Positions 31,016-42,080 of a stretch of DNA of 64,000 bases are shown piece by piece. How positions within the stretch are numbered: the stretch's first letter is position 1; each line of letters starts with the position of its first letter. This stretch comes from an uncultured Poribacteria bacterium (lineage in GTDB: Bacteria; Poribacteria; WGA-4E; WGA-3G), in the NCBI GenBank assembly GCA_951813565.1, contig OX638351.1, forward strand, positions 1,792,001 to 1,856,000, in the 5' to 3' direction. The position numbers and the translations under genes were made by a program. The notes below the pieces were generated by a model. That model was not told the origin of the DNA. It searched no databases and saw only the letters and a program-made list of their open reading frames with translations.

Positions 31016-32860
31016 GTGCAAAATCCAACTTCTACTCTTGAAGAAACCGGTATCGGCTCCATACACGTTGAAGCCCCACCACTAACCACGATAGACGAAA
31101 CCCAACTTGTTTATCACCAACTCTGCCCTGCTGAGGATTTTGAGGAACTTGAAGGTAAACCTTTTCATGTCAACGGCACACACCTCGCTGTTTTCAAGTC
31201 CAGTGACAAATTTTATGCCGTTGACAATCGATGTCCACACATGGGGTATCCGATGTCCAAAGGGAGTATTCGTGACGGTGTACTAATCTGCCATTGGCAC
31301 CACTGGGAATTTGACCTCAAATCGGGGGCATGTTTCTTAGCATCCGGTGATGACCTGAAAGCGTTTCCTGTTGAATTACGGGAGGACGGTTATTTGTATG
31401 TCGGGTTAGCGAAAGGCGAGCGGGAGGCAGCAAAACAACGCGTCATCGCAAACGGCAAACGTGCGCTTGAACGTGGTCTCAAGGACCGCAGCACATTCTT
31501 TATCGCCAAAGCTGTCACAGCACTCCGTGATGCAGGGGCAGACCCAGCGGAGATTATTCAACAAGGACTCCACTACGGCGCACATAAAAGTAGTGATGGT
31601 TGGTCGTCAGGTGTTGCTATCCTCACACTCGCAGCGAACATGTGGGATGATGTTGACACAGATGACCATAACTTATTCCTCGTACACGGACTAAGCCAGA
31701 TCAGTCGTAGAACAACGGGAAGTGCACGCCCTTATCGCGCACCCTTCCCGCGAGTGAAAGATGATCATGACCTTGATACACTAAAACGATGGTTCCGTTA
31801 TTTTGTGGATAAACGCCACAGAGGTGCAGCGGAACGTATCTTGCTAACACTAAATGATAGAGGCTACGATAAATCTGTCATCGCAGACTTCGTATACACA
31901 GCAGCAACAGACTATTACTTCACTGGCGATGGACACGCGCTCGATTTTGCGAATAAAATGTTTGAAGCGTTGGATTACGTCAACTGGGAAGGATCACACG
32001 AGATTTTGCGTCCGATTGTCGTTGACCTTGTGAGTAGAACACGCCATGAGGAGACATCTCGATGGGCAGATGCTGTACCTGTCTTAAGACCTGTTTTTAA
32101 GAGACTTGATAGTATATGGGAGGACAATCAAGCGAACAAAGCAGAACTTGATATATCGGCATTTACACAGACGCTCCTCGCGGATGAGTTTGAACCTACT
32201 GTTGCTACAGTTGAGGAAGCACTCCGCAACGGAGTCAAGCCAACCGACATCTGCCGCGCCATGACCTATGCCTCGGCAATTCGCACTGCCCGGTTCCATC
32301 TCAAAAACGAAGGCGACTGGCACGATGTTGCGAACATTTACTCTTACGCTCACGCCCTTTATCACGCTTTTCAGTATTCGCCAAGTGCTAACCTACTGCG
32401 TGGTATATTTCACGGTGTGGTTTACTTGGCATATCTGCGCTGGTTGAATATGCCTGCCGCTCGCATTCCCAAACCCGGGCAACGGGTGCCTGACGAAACT
32501 TACGATTCGCCTAAAAAAATGTTAGAACGTCTTCAAGAATTCGCTGACTTCCAAAAAGTCTACGAAGCAGAGATTCTGGTAAACCAATATCTCGAAGAGG
32601 GGCATGATGTAGACGCACTGAAACGAACGCTTGCACACATCCTGCTACGTGAAGACGCAGAACTCCACATGTTCCAGGTCCTTGAAGTTGCCTTCCGACA
32701 TTACGACTTGTCAGATGACTTTGAAGAACAACGGATGCATCTATTGGCAGCAACGCGCTACATCACAGCACAGAAGTTGATGAAGAATATTTTGTGGTCC
32801 ACCGAGAACGCGGAACGTCTTGCACGAGGTGAGTTACTTAGCGAACGCGACGATGACTAA
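31016..32860 (+). CDS. Rieske 2Fe-2S (NirD-like) domain protein with a large helical C-terminal region
   Basis: NRCPHMGYP...CHWHHWEFDL; DGHALDFANK; AGGAGG RBS. Confidence 0.88.
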   Translation: MQNPTSTLEETGIGSIHVEAPPLTTIDETQLVYHQLCPAEDFEELEGKPFHVNGTHLAVFKSSDKFYAVDNRCPHMGYPMSKGSIRDGVLICHWHHWEFDLKSGACFLASGDDLKAFPVELREDGYLYVGLAKGEREAAKQRVIANGKRALERGLKDRSTFFIAKAVTALRDAGADPAEIIQQGLHYGAHKSSDGWSSGVAILTLAANMWDDVDTDDHNLFLVHGLSQISRRTTGSARPYRAPFPRVKDDHDLDTLKRWFRYFVDKRHRGAAERILLTLNDRGYDKSVIADFVYTAATDYYFTGDGHALDFANKMFEALDYVNWEGSHEILRPIVVDLVSRTRHEETSRWADAVPVLRPVFKRLDSIWEDNQANKAELDISAFTQTLLADEFEPTVATVEEALRNGVKPTDICRAMTYASAIRTARFHLKNEGDWHDVANIYSYAHALYHAFQYSPSANLLRGIFHGVVYLAYLRWLNMPAARIPKPGQRVPDETYDSPKKMLERLQEFADFQKVYEAEILVNQYLEEGHDVDALKRTLAHILLREDAELHMFQVLEVAFRHYDLSDDFEEQRMHLLAATRYITAQKLMKNILWSTENAERLARGELLSERDDD

Positions 32861-33294
32861 TATCTATCAAGCAGTCAGTCCCGTAGGTTGGGTAGAGCGG
32901 TGAATGCCCAAGACACCTCCAACCTGTCAGGAAAATTCTGCTTTTCAATAATCTATTCATGGAAATCGACATAGCGAAACCCAACAAGCAAAGTTGCCCA
33001 TGTGGTAACGCGTTGAGTTTCCAACTTACACGTTTTGTTGACCGCACATTACGAAATAGAATTCCGCTTATGCAAAACGCAAAACCCAAACTCATTCTTA
33101 CAGACTGGCTTGAAACTTCACCCAACTCAAGACGAGATTTTCTTGCCAAAGTAGGTAAGGGTACATTACTTGTGAGTTTGGGCATGTTTGGCGCAGGCTG
33201 CGAAACCGTCAACCGTGGAATCCCAAGGGCTATCTCGGTAATGTTATTCACAGGTTGCCTGTTTCAATAACCGCATAAATAGAAGGATTTAGAA

Positions 33295-33777
33295 ATGAAA
33301 CTTGGTGTAATGTCAGACAGCCACGACAACATTCCGAATGTCAAACGCGCTGTAGCACTTTTCAACGAAATCGGTGTGGATCTTGTTGTCCATGCAGGTG
33401 ATTTTATCGCTCCGTTTGCGATTGACCCGTTAGCCGATTTGAAATGTCGTGTTGTCGGTGTTTTCGGCAACAATGATGGCGAACGCGTTGTCCTTGCGAA
33501 AAAGTTTGAAACTATCGGTGAGGTGCATCCGAACCTTGCCAGCACATCACTCGGTGGCAAGACCATCGCAGTAATGCATTATCCTGAACTTGCTATCCCA
33601 ATTGCAAAAAGTGGAGAATATGACATCGTTGTCTATGGACACACGCATAAGATAGACATTCAAAAAGGTGAATCTCTATTGCTTAATCCAGGGGAAACAG
33701 GTGGTTGGACGACGGGAAAGGCTACGGTTGCTGTTGTGGATATTGAGACGCTTGAAGCAACAATTCATGAACTGTAG
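33295..33777 (+). CDS. YfcE/MJ0936-family metallophosphoesterase
   Basis: SDSHD, HAGD, GNNDG, GHTH, NPG. Confidence 0.93.
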   Translation: MKLGVMSDSHDNIPNVKRAVALFNEIGVDLVVHAGDFIAPFAIDPLADLKCRVVGVFGNNDGERVVLAKKFETIGEVHPNLASTSLGGKTIAVMHYPELAIPIAKSGEYDIVVYGHTHKIDIQKGESLLLNPGETGGWTTGKATVAVVDIETLEATIHEL

Positions 33778-34052
33778 CAGTGTGAGTGTTACATGTAGGA
33801 TATTATAGTGAAATCCAAAATTATTTGGACACTTTGGTTCTTGTGTGAATTTCAAAACACCTTGAATGTAAAGAGGCGCAATGAATTGCGCGACTACAAA
33901 CGCCACTAACCTAAAGAAAATGTAAATGTATTTTTAGATTTGGCTCATGTAAAGAATGAGTGCGAATGAAAATAGTTAACCCGCATGGTCACTGCCTTCA
34001 TGAAAAACAATCGCACACACCTTTTACATGAGCGTTAGATTTTACTATAAAT

Positions 34053-35330
34053 CTACTCAATATACCCCAAATTTCGTAACCTACCCTCTAAAATCTTTTT
34101 CTCCTCAGGTGTAGAGACTTGTGCTTGCAGGTGCTGATAATTAGAATTCATCAAAATCTCGTCGTAAACATCACGGAATCGCTCCGGGTCTTCGCAAGTC
34201 ATATCTTCACTGCTCATAATGTGCCGATAGACAAAATCACCCGTCTGCTCATCTTCACGGTAAAGATGCTCACCATCCGTTAGCGACCAGAGGCGCACCC
34301 CTTCTGAATACTTACTAATCTCTTCGTTATCGACTGTCGTCCGGGAAGTCACGCGGTGATGCGGCATCTCCAAATTCTTCTGACTGAGGAATCCGATACC
34401 ATATAAACTATCTAATTCAGATAATACCAAGCGGTTGTCATCAATTTCAGTTGGGTATAGTAAATCTTTTCCATATCCGTGATAGTCCGTTTCAACACCA
34501 GCAAGGTTCGTAATCGTTGGGAATAGGTCAATTGCTGAAATCGGTGCATTTGGAAATTCTAATGTCTCAACACCAGGGATATGTGCTAACAGCGGCACAT
34601 GTAAGACGTTCTGATTGAGTGTGCTGCCGTGATCAATAATTTCATCGCAAATACCTTCCCCATGGTCGCCAAAGATAAAGACTGCCCATTCTGGCAGCGC
34701 AAGTTGTTTTAGAATTTCAACCAACTTAAACTCAAGTATATGCGTTGCGGCGGCGTAGTAAAACCGTAACGCTTCATCTGTTTTGCCATGTTTTACAAGA
34801 GAACCGAGACTCGGTGCGCCCGGAATGCCGCTCATCCCGTATCCGCCATGTGTATACCAAAAATGTAGAAAACAGAATTGCGGTGTCTCCGAAGGTTGCT
34901 TCAGATGATGTATCAGGTCTTCAAGCGAACCGAGTTGCTGTGCTTTCGCGTTTGGGTCAATGGGCGTGATAAACGACTCATAATCAAGGAAGCGAAACAC
35001 CTCCGCGCGTTCTGAACGCCCTGTAATGTAATAGCCCGCATCAGCAAACAACTGAAATAGGTTCGGAATACCCTCAAACATCTTGAGGTAGGTTTGCCCA
35101 TAAACGCCATGTTCAAACGGATAAAGACCTGTAAAATAGGACGTATGAGAAGGACGCGTGGCAGGGGCAGCTACAAAAAACTTTTCCGCGAGTGAGAAAT
35201 CCTTGGTCAGTAGGTCAAATTTTGGTGTATTGAAGAGAGAGTTAGTCCGACTGAGTGCGTCATATCGCCAACAATCAATTGAAATGAGTAGAAATTTATT
35301 GACAGATTTGGTTTCCATATTTTTAATCAA
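34053..35330 (-). CDS. Sulfatase-like hydrolase/transferase (Thr in the nucleophile position)
   Basis: ISIDCWRYD, ATRPSHTSYFTGLYP, GDHGE, HVPL, RLRNLGYIE. Confidence 0.85.
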   Translation of the reverse strand: MIKNMETKSVNKFLLISIDCWRYDALSRTNSLFNTPKFDLLTKDFSLAEKFFVAAPATRPSHTSYFTGLYPFEHGVYGQTYLKMFEGIPNLFQLFADAGYYITGRSERAEVFRFLDYESFITPIDPNAKAQQLGSLEDLIHHLKQPSETPQFCFLHFWYTHGGYGMSGIPGAPSLGSLVKHGKTDEALRFYYAAATHILEFKLVEILKQLALPEWAVFIFGDHGEGICDEIIDHGSTLNQNVLHVPLLAHIPGVETLEFPNAPISAIDLFPTITNLAGVETDYHGYGKDLLYPTEIDDNRLVLSELDSLYGIGFLSQKNLEMPHHRVTSRTTVDNEEISKYSEGVRLWSLTDGEHLYREDEQTGDFVYRHIMSSEDMTCEDPERFRDVYDEILMNSNYQHLQAQVSTPEEKKILEGRLRNLGYIE

Positions 35331-36681
35331 TTAACCTTGCATTATACTGCCTTGCAGTATGTTGATAGCCTTCAAATAGGTCGGGATCAAAAGGATGAGG
35401 TGTATAGATATAAACTGCATCGCTATACGGGTCGTAGAGGATAACCTCTTCGCGAGCATCGCCACAAACATCAGCAGGAAAACAGTGATACCATCCCATT
35501 TTACCACCAGTGGGAGGTGGCAGTTCAGGAAACGTTACCACCTTGTTACCCTCACCATCATAAAGTGCAGCAGGACTGTAAGTCAATTCGGGGTTTCCTA
35601 AACCGTGCCAGCGGATAACCTCTAATCCTGTATTATTCGGTGTTTCATCAACACGGAATCGACTCCGAATCTGTTCATTGTTGTCCACCACCATTAAATC
35701 TGGATGATGTCCATTATAGCGGATAACTAAATTAGGGGACGCATCTGGGAGTAGATTACCATATCGGATCTCTTGTCCATGTGGCACGACGTCAAATCCG
35801 AGTGAAAACACAGAATTACCTTCAGCATCAACGATTTGTCCACCGCCAGAAAGGATAGCGCGGTTCTCACCATTCCACTCCTCAACCAAAACAGAGTCGA
35901 TATTTTCCCCAAGGTATTTATCCCAAAGGACTGTCCCATCAGCAGCAAGCCCAAAGTTGCCCCCGTTGACCTCATCAAGACCATCACCGTTGAAATCGCC
36001 AACTGCGGGGATGTATGCGGAATGCTTTGGATACCGAAACCATCTGTCGGTATGCTGCCAGAGCAGTTCAAGGTTATGGTTAAAGGCAAGCACATTAACG
36101 CCAACCTTAACGACAAAATCCTGTGGCTGCGGATTTCCGCTGAAATTGGCAATCATCAACCGTTGATGAACATAATTAGGGATATGGCGTTCGCCTTCCG
36201 CGTCCGCATCGCATTGCTGAAGTGCTTCAGACACTATAGAACGTTTAACAGCACCCGTTGCCCCATCTAAAATCATCAGACAAATTGCAGACAGATCCCA
36301 TTTGCTCGCTTGCGCGATATCTGAATCTATCCAGAAGCAGATAACCTCTGCCTGACCATCTGCATCAATATCGTAAATTGCAACGGGACCTGGACGGTCA
36401 GGTGAAAGTGTTTTAAGGGTTGTGGCCTCCGCGTCTATATCTCTGGTTTCCAGACGTTTATCCCCTAAAGACCAGAGCGGTTCACCTTCAAGCGTAAATG
36501 CACCGAGAAAACATGGATGGATACCACCAAGTGACTTGTAAACCAGAAAATCAGCGGTGCCGTTGCCTGTCAAATCACCGATGCGAATATCACCACCCCA
36601 CGAGCGTCCCGCTGTATCATTGAGAAATTCGTCTGGAATTGCAACCCGTTTATAGAGGTGTGCTTCTTGTGGTGTATTCAC
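35323..36681 (-). CDS. FG-GAP/beta-propeller protein, rhamnogalacturonan lyase PL11-like
   Basis: GDLTGNGTADF, YDIDADGQAEV, GDFNGDGLDEV, ADVCGDAREEV. Confidence 0.7.
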   Translation of the reverse strand: MNTPQEAHLYKRVAIPDEFLNDTAGRSWGGDIRIGDLTGNGTADFLVYKSLGGIHPCFLGAFTLEGEPLWSLGDKRLETRDIDAEATTLKTLSPDRPGPVAIYDIDADGQAEVICFWIDSDIAQASKWDLSAICLMILDGATGAVKRSIVSEALQQCDADAEGERHIPNYVHQRLMIANFSGNPQPQDFVVKVGVNVLAFNHNLELLWQHTDRWFRYPKHSAYIPAVGDFNGDGLDEVNGGNFGLAADGTVLWDKYLGENIDSVLVEEWNGENRAILSGGGQIVDAEGNSVFSLGFDVVPHGQEIRYGNLLPDASPNLVIRYNGHHPDLMVVDNNEQIRSRFRVDETPNNTGLEVIRWHGLGNPELTYSPAALYDGEGNKVVTFPELPPPTGGKMGWYHCFPADVCGDAREEVILYDPYSDAVYIYTPHPFDPDLFEGYQHTARQYNARLID

Positions 36682-37445
36682 TGAACAAATGCCTTGAAAA
36701 GTCCAACGTAGAGTGCTAAGACTTTTTCGGGGTCAGGTCCCGTATAAGCACATTCGTTGGAGATGTAGCCGGAGAAACCGATGCGATTGAGCCATTCGAA
36801 CATTTGCCGATAGAGCTCAAAAGTTTCCGGTACTTCCACCTTGTGGGTATGGACTGAAGTAATATGAGGTGCTACACGTGAAAAGAGTGGTTCAATGCTT
36901 TCCGCATCGCAACCGACAAATTGTGAATTGAAGACAAAACCAACATTCGGAAGATGGACACCTTCAATCACTTCCATCGCAGAATCCGGGTCAGTAAAAG
37001 AACCGTGCATCTCAATAGAGACAGTAATATCTTTCTTACCAGCATAAGTGCCAAGAGCCTTTAATCCATCAATAACATAACCGACAACCGTATCACGGTT
37101 TTCATCGCTGTATCTGTCTCCAAGCACACGGACATGATAACATTCCATAAATTCCGCCATGTCAATCACGCGTGTAACGCGACGGACTGTCTCTTCGCGA
37201 TCAGCAGCATTTTCTGAGTGGAAATTTTGGCAACTCGTTAGCGAAGAAATTACAACGCCACTTGCATCTACTTGTGTTTTTAATCCATCCCATGCATCTT
37301 TCGGGGTATCCCACTCAAACCCATGCTTCTGTTTGTAATCCATTAGCAGTTCAACACCGTGATAGCCTGTAGCCTCAGCGGTATCAAGAATTCGCTTGAG
37401 TTCCCAATCTTGACACGTTTGATATGTATTTAATGCCCACTTCAT
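36678..37445 (-). CDS. Sugar phosphate isomerase/epimerase
   Basis: GYHGVEL, HVRVLGD, SIEMHG, GFSGYISNE. Confidence 0.85.
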   Translation of the reverse strand: MKWALNTYQTCQDWELKRILDTAEATGYHGVELLMDYKQKHGFEWDTPKDAWDGLKTQVDASGVVISSLTSCQNFHSENAADREETVRRVTRVIDMAEFMECYHVRVLGDRYSDENRDTVVGYVIDGLKALGTYAGKKDITVSIEMHGSFTDPDSAMEVIEGVHLPNVGFVFNSQFVGCDAESIEPLFSRVAPHITSVHTHKVEVPETFELYRQMFEWLNRIGFSGYISNECAYTGPDPEKVLALYVGLFKAFVQ

Positions 37446-37451
37446 ATAATT

Positions 37452-38522
37452 CTACTCCTGAATTGGAATCGGGTACCAGAGTCCGCCAGTTTTAGATGAT
37501 AAAGCCAAGTGCGTAGTATCATGAATGCCAATAACATCTACTATGATCTGGTTCTGTTGACACTGACGTAGGACATCTAATAACTTGTAAGACCCTTTGC
37601 TTGCCTCGTCAGTTACGAGAACAAAACGTCGATTTGACCCTTCTCGAAATTTGACACGTCGAATCGCCTTTACGATCGCATTGTGTGCGCGTTCATCGCC
37701 TGCTGCCGCCACTACGTGTGTAGTCAATAACCTTTTATACCGTTCACTGTCCCTTGTCTGTGGATGGATAATTGTATCACCTTCAAGGTACCTAAAGATG
37801 ACAATACCGAGCGTAAAGTCAACGTCTTTTTCTTCAAATACCGTTACCATCTGACTAAGTTGTCTGCCGACAGCGCGGATATTATCTATCATACTCCCAC
37901 TGATGTCAAGCAGAAAAACGATGTCAACGACACGTTCATTTTTACTATCAGCAACACTTTCGGCAATCCCTTCCAATGCTTCTCCCATCATTCCGTCTCG
38001 ATCAACAGGTAGTGGTGCTTTTTCCGCAATTTGCTCAATTGTTCCCGATTGTTCCTGTAATTTTTCCGCAATAGGCGTAATTGTAGGTGATTGTGTTTTC
38101 GCTACCGGTATTGATTTCCACTCTGGTGACTCTGTCGCATGCTCACTAAGCGATATCTCCGCTAAAGGCAAATTTGCGTCTGTTCCTAATGTTATCATTG
38201 ACTCGCTTGTCGTAATAGGCCGTTCGGAAATCATCGGTTGTGGAGTGCTTTGATCGGTAATCTGTACCGCATTCGAAGAAACTGGACGACGCTTTGGCAT
38301 TGAACGTTTGCGCTCACTACTCAGGTGGAAACGTTTGACCGTTGACACGACCATTGCTTCTTCAATCAAGGATTCCGAAGGAAGCATTGGTCGATACCAC
38401 CGCACGTAACTTATACCCGTAAGCGCTATTACGACAACGTGCAAAACTACCGATATCAAAAATGCGCGCCGGGTTTTTCTGCGTTTTTGCTGAAGTTTTT
38501 CTGAATAGGCATCAAAAAGCAT
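37452..38522 (-). CDS. Membrane-anchored VWA domain protein
   Basis: SVVLH TM anchor; DIVFLLDISGSM MIDAS motif; LVTDE. Confidence 0.88.
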   Translation of the reverse strand: MLFDAYSEKLQQKRRKTRRAFLISVVLHVVVIALTGISYVRWYRPMLPSESLIEEAMVVSTVKRFHLSSERKRSMPKRRPVSSNAVQITDQSTPQPMISERPITTSESMITLGTDANLPLAEISLSEHATESPEWKSIPVAKTQSPTITPIAEKLQEQSGTIEQIAEKAPLPVDRDGMMGEALEGIAESVADSKNERVVDIVFLLDISGSMIDNIRAVGRQLSQMVTVFEEKDVDFTLGIVIFRYLEGDTIIHPQTRDSERYKRLLTTHVVAAAGDERAHNAIVKAIRRVKFREGSNRRFVLVTDEASKGSYKLLDVLRQCQQNQIIVDVIGIHDTTHLALSSKTGGLWYPIPIQE

Positions 38523-38612
38523 GTCCTGCTTCTCCGATTTAGGTGGAGTCCATTATTAGTTTAACGCTAATAATCCCAAAAACGCAACGCTATTGTTTTT
38601 CAAACAAACCTT

Positions 38613-41165
38613 TTAAGAGGATATGATTGAAACCGTTCCCTGATTCCCATCAACTTGAAGCATTTGCCCATCAGTGATATTTTGCGTAGCATTTGGGATG
38701 TTCGCAACTGCCGGAACACCATATTCCCTTGCGACAACCGCCCCATGCGACAGTAGACCGCCGCGTTCCATCACTAAACCTGCTGCATGTAGAAAAAGCG
38801 GTGTCCAAGCTGGATCGGTTGAGGGACAGACGAGAATATAATCCCGTTCAAAGAGTTGAATATCAGAGGGGTTCAATAGCACACGCGCCTGTCCTTTCGC
38901 TATACCACCGGAAACACCCATGCCTGTATATGTATCCGCTGCACCGCTTGGCAACGGAGCACCTATGCAATCAAGCGAATCACTAAAAATAACGTCCGGC
39001 ATGTCAATCTGTAGCAAAAACTCACGTTGTGCCTTACGTTCAGCAATCACATCACTGAATTCTTCACCATCAATAAGTTGCTCTAATTCACATGGCACCA
39101 GATAGAAAATGCCTCCGTTAAGCGTATAACGGTTATCCAATTCAACTAAAGCGCGTCGAATTTGTTCATAGCCGAGCATCAAGTAAAATTTCGCTGTTTC
39201 CCGAAAAGGCATATAACGTCTTGTAAAATCCAACTCACTTTCAATCTGTTTTCGCAATCCTACCTTATTTTTTATAACCTCAGCAAGTTCTTTTTCTGCC
39301 GTATTACGCTGCTCTATTTGTCGCGCAAAATGTTGGCTACCATTTTGTGTTTCTTCGTCAGGTTCTGAAACTTCTTGTGAAAAGGATGCAATTATCTGTT
39401 CAAGATATGAAGTATCTTCGCGCCACCGCGGTTGTGCCAATTCAAATTCATTGACAGCGCGATGTCCATAGTCTTTTAGAAAATCGGTAAGTGAAATTTG
39501 TCCCTTTGCAACTTCCCACAACTTTTCATTCGTTTCAACGGTGAGATTACCAGAAAGCCCGCTGATAAGTCTACTTACCAATCCCTTCGCCTCTGTTTCA
39601 TCAATACATTTCTGGAGTGTGGCTTCCAACCGTTGAAGTGAAAACGCAGCAAGAAGAGTAGCGGTAAGGGCTTTCGGTGCGAAATCATCTAACGTTTTTC
39701 TGCACCACTCTTGAAACTTTTCGACCAATTCCGCATCAGAAAGTTCTGAATAAGACAAATTCTGTTCGGCTGCAACCATCTCACGAAACTTCGGGAATTC
39801 CTGTTCTGTCAACACTTGATCGAAGTCTGAGCGAAACTTTCTTAATTGTAATTCTGCTTTTGTCATGCGGATTATGTGGAGTGGGAGTTTAAACCAAAAT
39901 GATGATGTACTATGCTTAATATTTGGCGTTGCTTGTGCATACATCGCTTTTTGCGGGTTCTGTTTCAGTTCTGCAAAATCGTGTGCAAACGGGAAACCGT
40001 TAAAGAAAAGTTCCGACTCACGGTTCAAATTGACATAAATTCTTCCACAGATTAGGTCTAAAATACCCGATCTATCTACCCGTTTGCTTGGATAGAAACC
40101 TAAACCACGATAAGCTTTGCCTAAGCCACCAGTACCTGACATAAATTTTCTCATAATTGCCCAGGTCATTGGCAACGGGGCGGGTAAAACTTCGGCAAGA
40201 TTATGATGACTCCATAACGTGCCGTGGGTATCTGCAAGCGTTTTGAGTATTTGGATCTCTGACTGACGATGTTTCTCAATTTCACTGTCTTTTTGGTCAA
40301 TTGAAATATGAGTCTGCGCGTGTGTTGTAATTGGTCTCGCCTGCAACAAAACAAACTTTCCATCCGCAAGTGCCCACTCAATATCCATCGGTTTTCCATA
40401 CAAAGTTTCAACTTGAATGCCGAGTTGTCCCAATTGTTTTAACTGTTCATCTGTGAGACTTGGAATATTTTGCTTTGCAGAGGAAACCTCGCTCACACCA
40501 GATATTGTTATCATTTCCTGTTTTGTTGCGACGGTTCTATCCAATACCTCACCGGTTTCTCGCGAGATTTGGAAACTGTCAGGTGTAATAGCACCAGAGA
40601 CAACAGATTCGCCTAACCCCCAATTCGACTCAATAATACTAACGTTCTTATCATAAGGACTGACAGTAAAAAGCACACCGGAAACATCTGCTGCACACAT
40701 CTCTTGAACAACAACTGCCATCGCCAAACCCCCATCAGGGATGCCTTGTGTGCGACGGTAAGCAATTGCCCGCTCAGACCAGAGAGATGCCCAGCACGTT
40801 TTCAGCGCGTCCAAAAGTTCATCAGATGTTACATTCAAGAAGGTATCCTGTTGTCCCGCAAAACTGGCTTCTTCTAAATCTTCGGCTGTCGCGCTGGATC
40901 GTACAGCTACTGTATCTGTCCGCAATTCGTCTCTCGCTTTTAGGATGGTTTCAATCAATTCAGGTGCTAAGACCACGTTTTTAACACTACTCGCGTTCTG
41001 TTCAGATAAGTGCTCAACAGAAAATCGGTAGGCATCTGTGGTAACGCAGATGCCTTGTGGAACTGAAAAACCTGCCCGCGTCAATTTCCCAAGATGCAGA
41101 CCTTTTCCACCGACACGTGGAAGATCATCTTCGTCAATTTCTAAGAAACGTCTGATAAATTGCAT
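38613..41165 (-). CDS. PEP/pyruvate-binding + His-swivel domain protein (rifampin phosphotransferase-like architecture)
   Basis: VGGKG, AVRSSATAED, SFAGQQDT, GLGESVVSG, LQARPIT, GGLLSHGAVVAREYG; likely start MQFIRRF at 41165. Confidence 0.9.
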   Translation of the reverse strand: MQFIRRFLEIDEDDLPRVGGKGLHLGKLTRAGFSVPQGICVTTDAYRFSVEHLSEQNASSVKNVVLAPELIETILKARDELRTDTVAVRSSATAEDLEEASFAGQQDTFLNVTSDELLDALKTCWASLWSERAIAYRRTQGIPDGGLAMAVVVQEMCAADVSGVLFTVSPYDKNVSIIESNWGLGESVVSGAITPDSFQISRETGEVLDRTVATKQEMITISGVSEVSSAKQNIPSLTDEQLKQLGQLGIQVETLYGKPMDIEWALADGKFVLLQARPITTHAQTHISIDQKDSEIEKHRQSEIQILKTLADTHGTLWSHHNLAEVLPAPLPMTWAIMRKFMSGTGGLGKAYRGLGFYPSKRVDRSGILDLICGRIYVNLNRESELFFNGFPFAHDFAELKQNPQKAMYAQATPNIKHSTSSFWFKLPLHIIRMTKAELQLRKFRSDFDQVLTEQEFPKFREMVAAEQNLSYSELSDAELVEKFQEWCRKTLDDFAPKALTATLLAAFSLQRLEATLQKCIDETEAKGLVSRLISGLSGNLTVETNEKLWEVAKGQISLTDFLKDYGHRAVNEFELAQPRWREDTSYLEQIIASFSQEVSEPDEETQNGSQHFARQIEQRNTAEKELAEVIKNKVGLRKQIESELDFTRRYMPFRETAKFYLMLGYEQIRRALVELDNRYTLNGGIFYLVPCELEQLIDGEEFSDVIAERKAQREFLLQIDMPDVIFSDSLDCIGAPLPSGAADTYTGMGVSGGIAKGQARVLLNPSDIQLFERDYILVCPSTDPAWTPLFLHAAGLVMERGGLLSHGAVVAREYGVPAVANIPNATQNITDGQMLQVDGNQGTVSIISS

Positions 41166-41304
41166 AAACTTAGATTGTTTAAAAAGGATGGAACTATTGG
41201 AATAGTATAGCAAAATCTTTCTGGCGAATGCAAATAAGTTTGGGTTTCTGCTGGTAAGGGAAGGATAACTTAAAATAATGAATAACAACTTTTAGAATTT
41301 TTTG

Positions 41305-41905
41305 TTAATCATCATGACCATCGTCTTTATGTTCATTTTCATCGTGATCATCGTCATCGTCATCCATATCGTCATCGTCATCCATATCGTCATCATCGTT
41401 ATCATGGTCTTCGTCCATGCCATCATGCTCATCCATGTCATCGTTATCATGGTCGTCCATACCGTCATCATGGTCATGCTGCACGACAACCTCTTGTGCT
41501 TCCTGTTGATTAATCCAGTCTCTGAAAAGTTGAATTTCCGCATCAGGCAGCGGTGGACCGTTAAGGGGCATGTTGCCAGATATGATTTCTTCAATCACTT
41601 CACTTTCTTCAGCATTACCCGGGATGAATACAGGACCGTGTTCCCCTCCAGCTATAAAAGACTCGTATGTTCTGAAATCCAGACCGTGAGGACCATCAGC
41701 AACATGACATCCAGCCAGCGCACATTTTGCTGTAAGATATTGGCAAAATATTTTGTTCAAAGGAAACTTCAATATCAACAGATTCGTGAACTTCCATAGA
41801 AGAGGAAATGTCACCTGGCATTATGACATCTGCAGGCTCACGAGTACATCCAAGTATACAAAATAGCAATCCGACAGTAAGTAAGAGAAATCTTTTTGTG
41901 TTCAT
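41305..41905 (-). pseudogene. Lipoprotein cytochrome c (planctomycete-type) with Asp/His/Met tail, frameshifted
   Basis: ILGC lipobox and VSFEQNILPI in one frame; LTAKCALAGCH...MPL...FRDWI in another; one extra base near 41737. Confidence 0.75.
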
Positions 41906-42080
41906 AACTATAAATAGTTACCTCCCCAATTTAATTTTTTATCTGTTTTCTAACTAAAAGATACTGCTCAAGAAGTGCAGAGCCTCTAACCGCACATCGC
42001 TGCAGCCAATTTAAAGAAAGGATAACATCTTTTGAGATAACCATCAAGGAAAAGTTGATTTCTTGTTTCATCAAGTTTAC

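Noticed and set aside
32959..33270. ORF with Tat-like SRRDFL and lipobox
   Set aside because: There is no mature domain after the signal and the start lies near a repeat. It may be a gene remnant but could not be supported.
41292..41799. Ile/Val-rich and Met/Thr-rich ORFs
   Set aside because: Alternative-frame readings of the GAT/GAC/CAT repeat that encodes the Asp/His tail.
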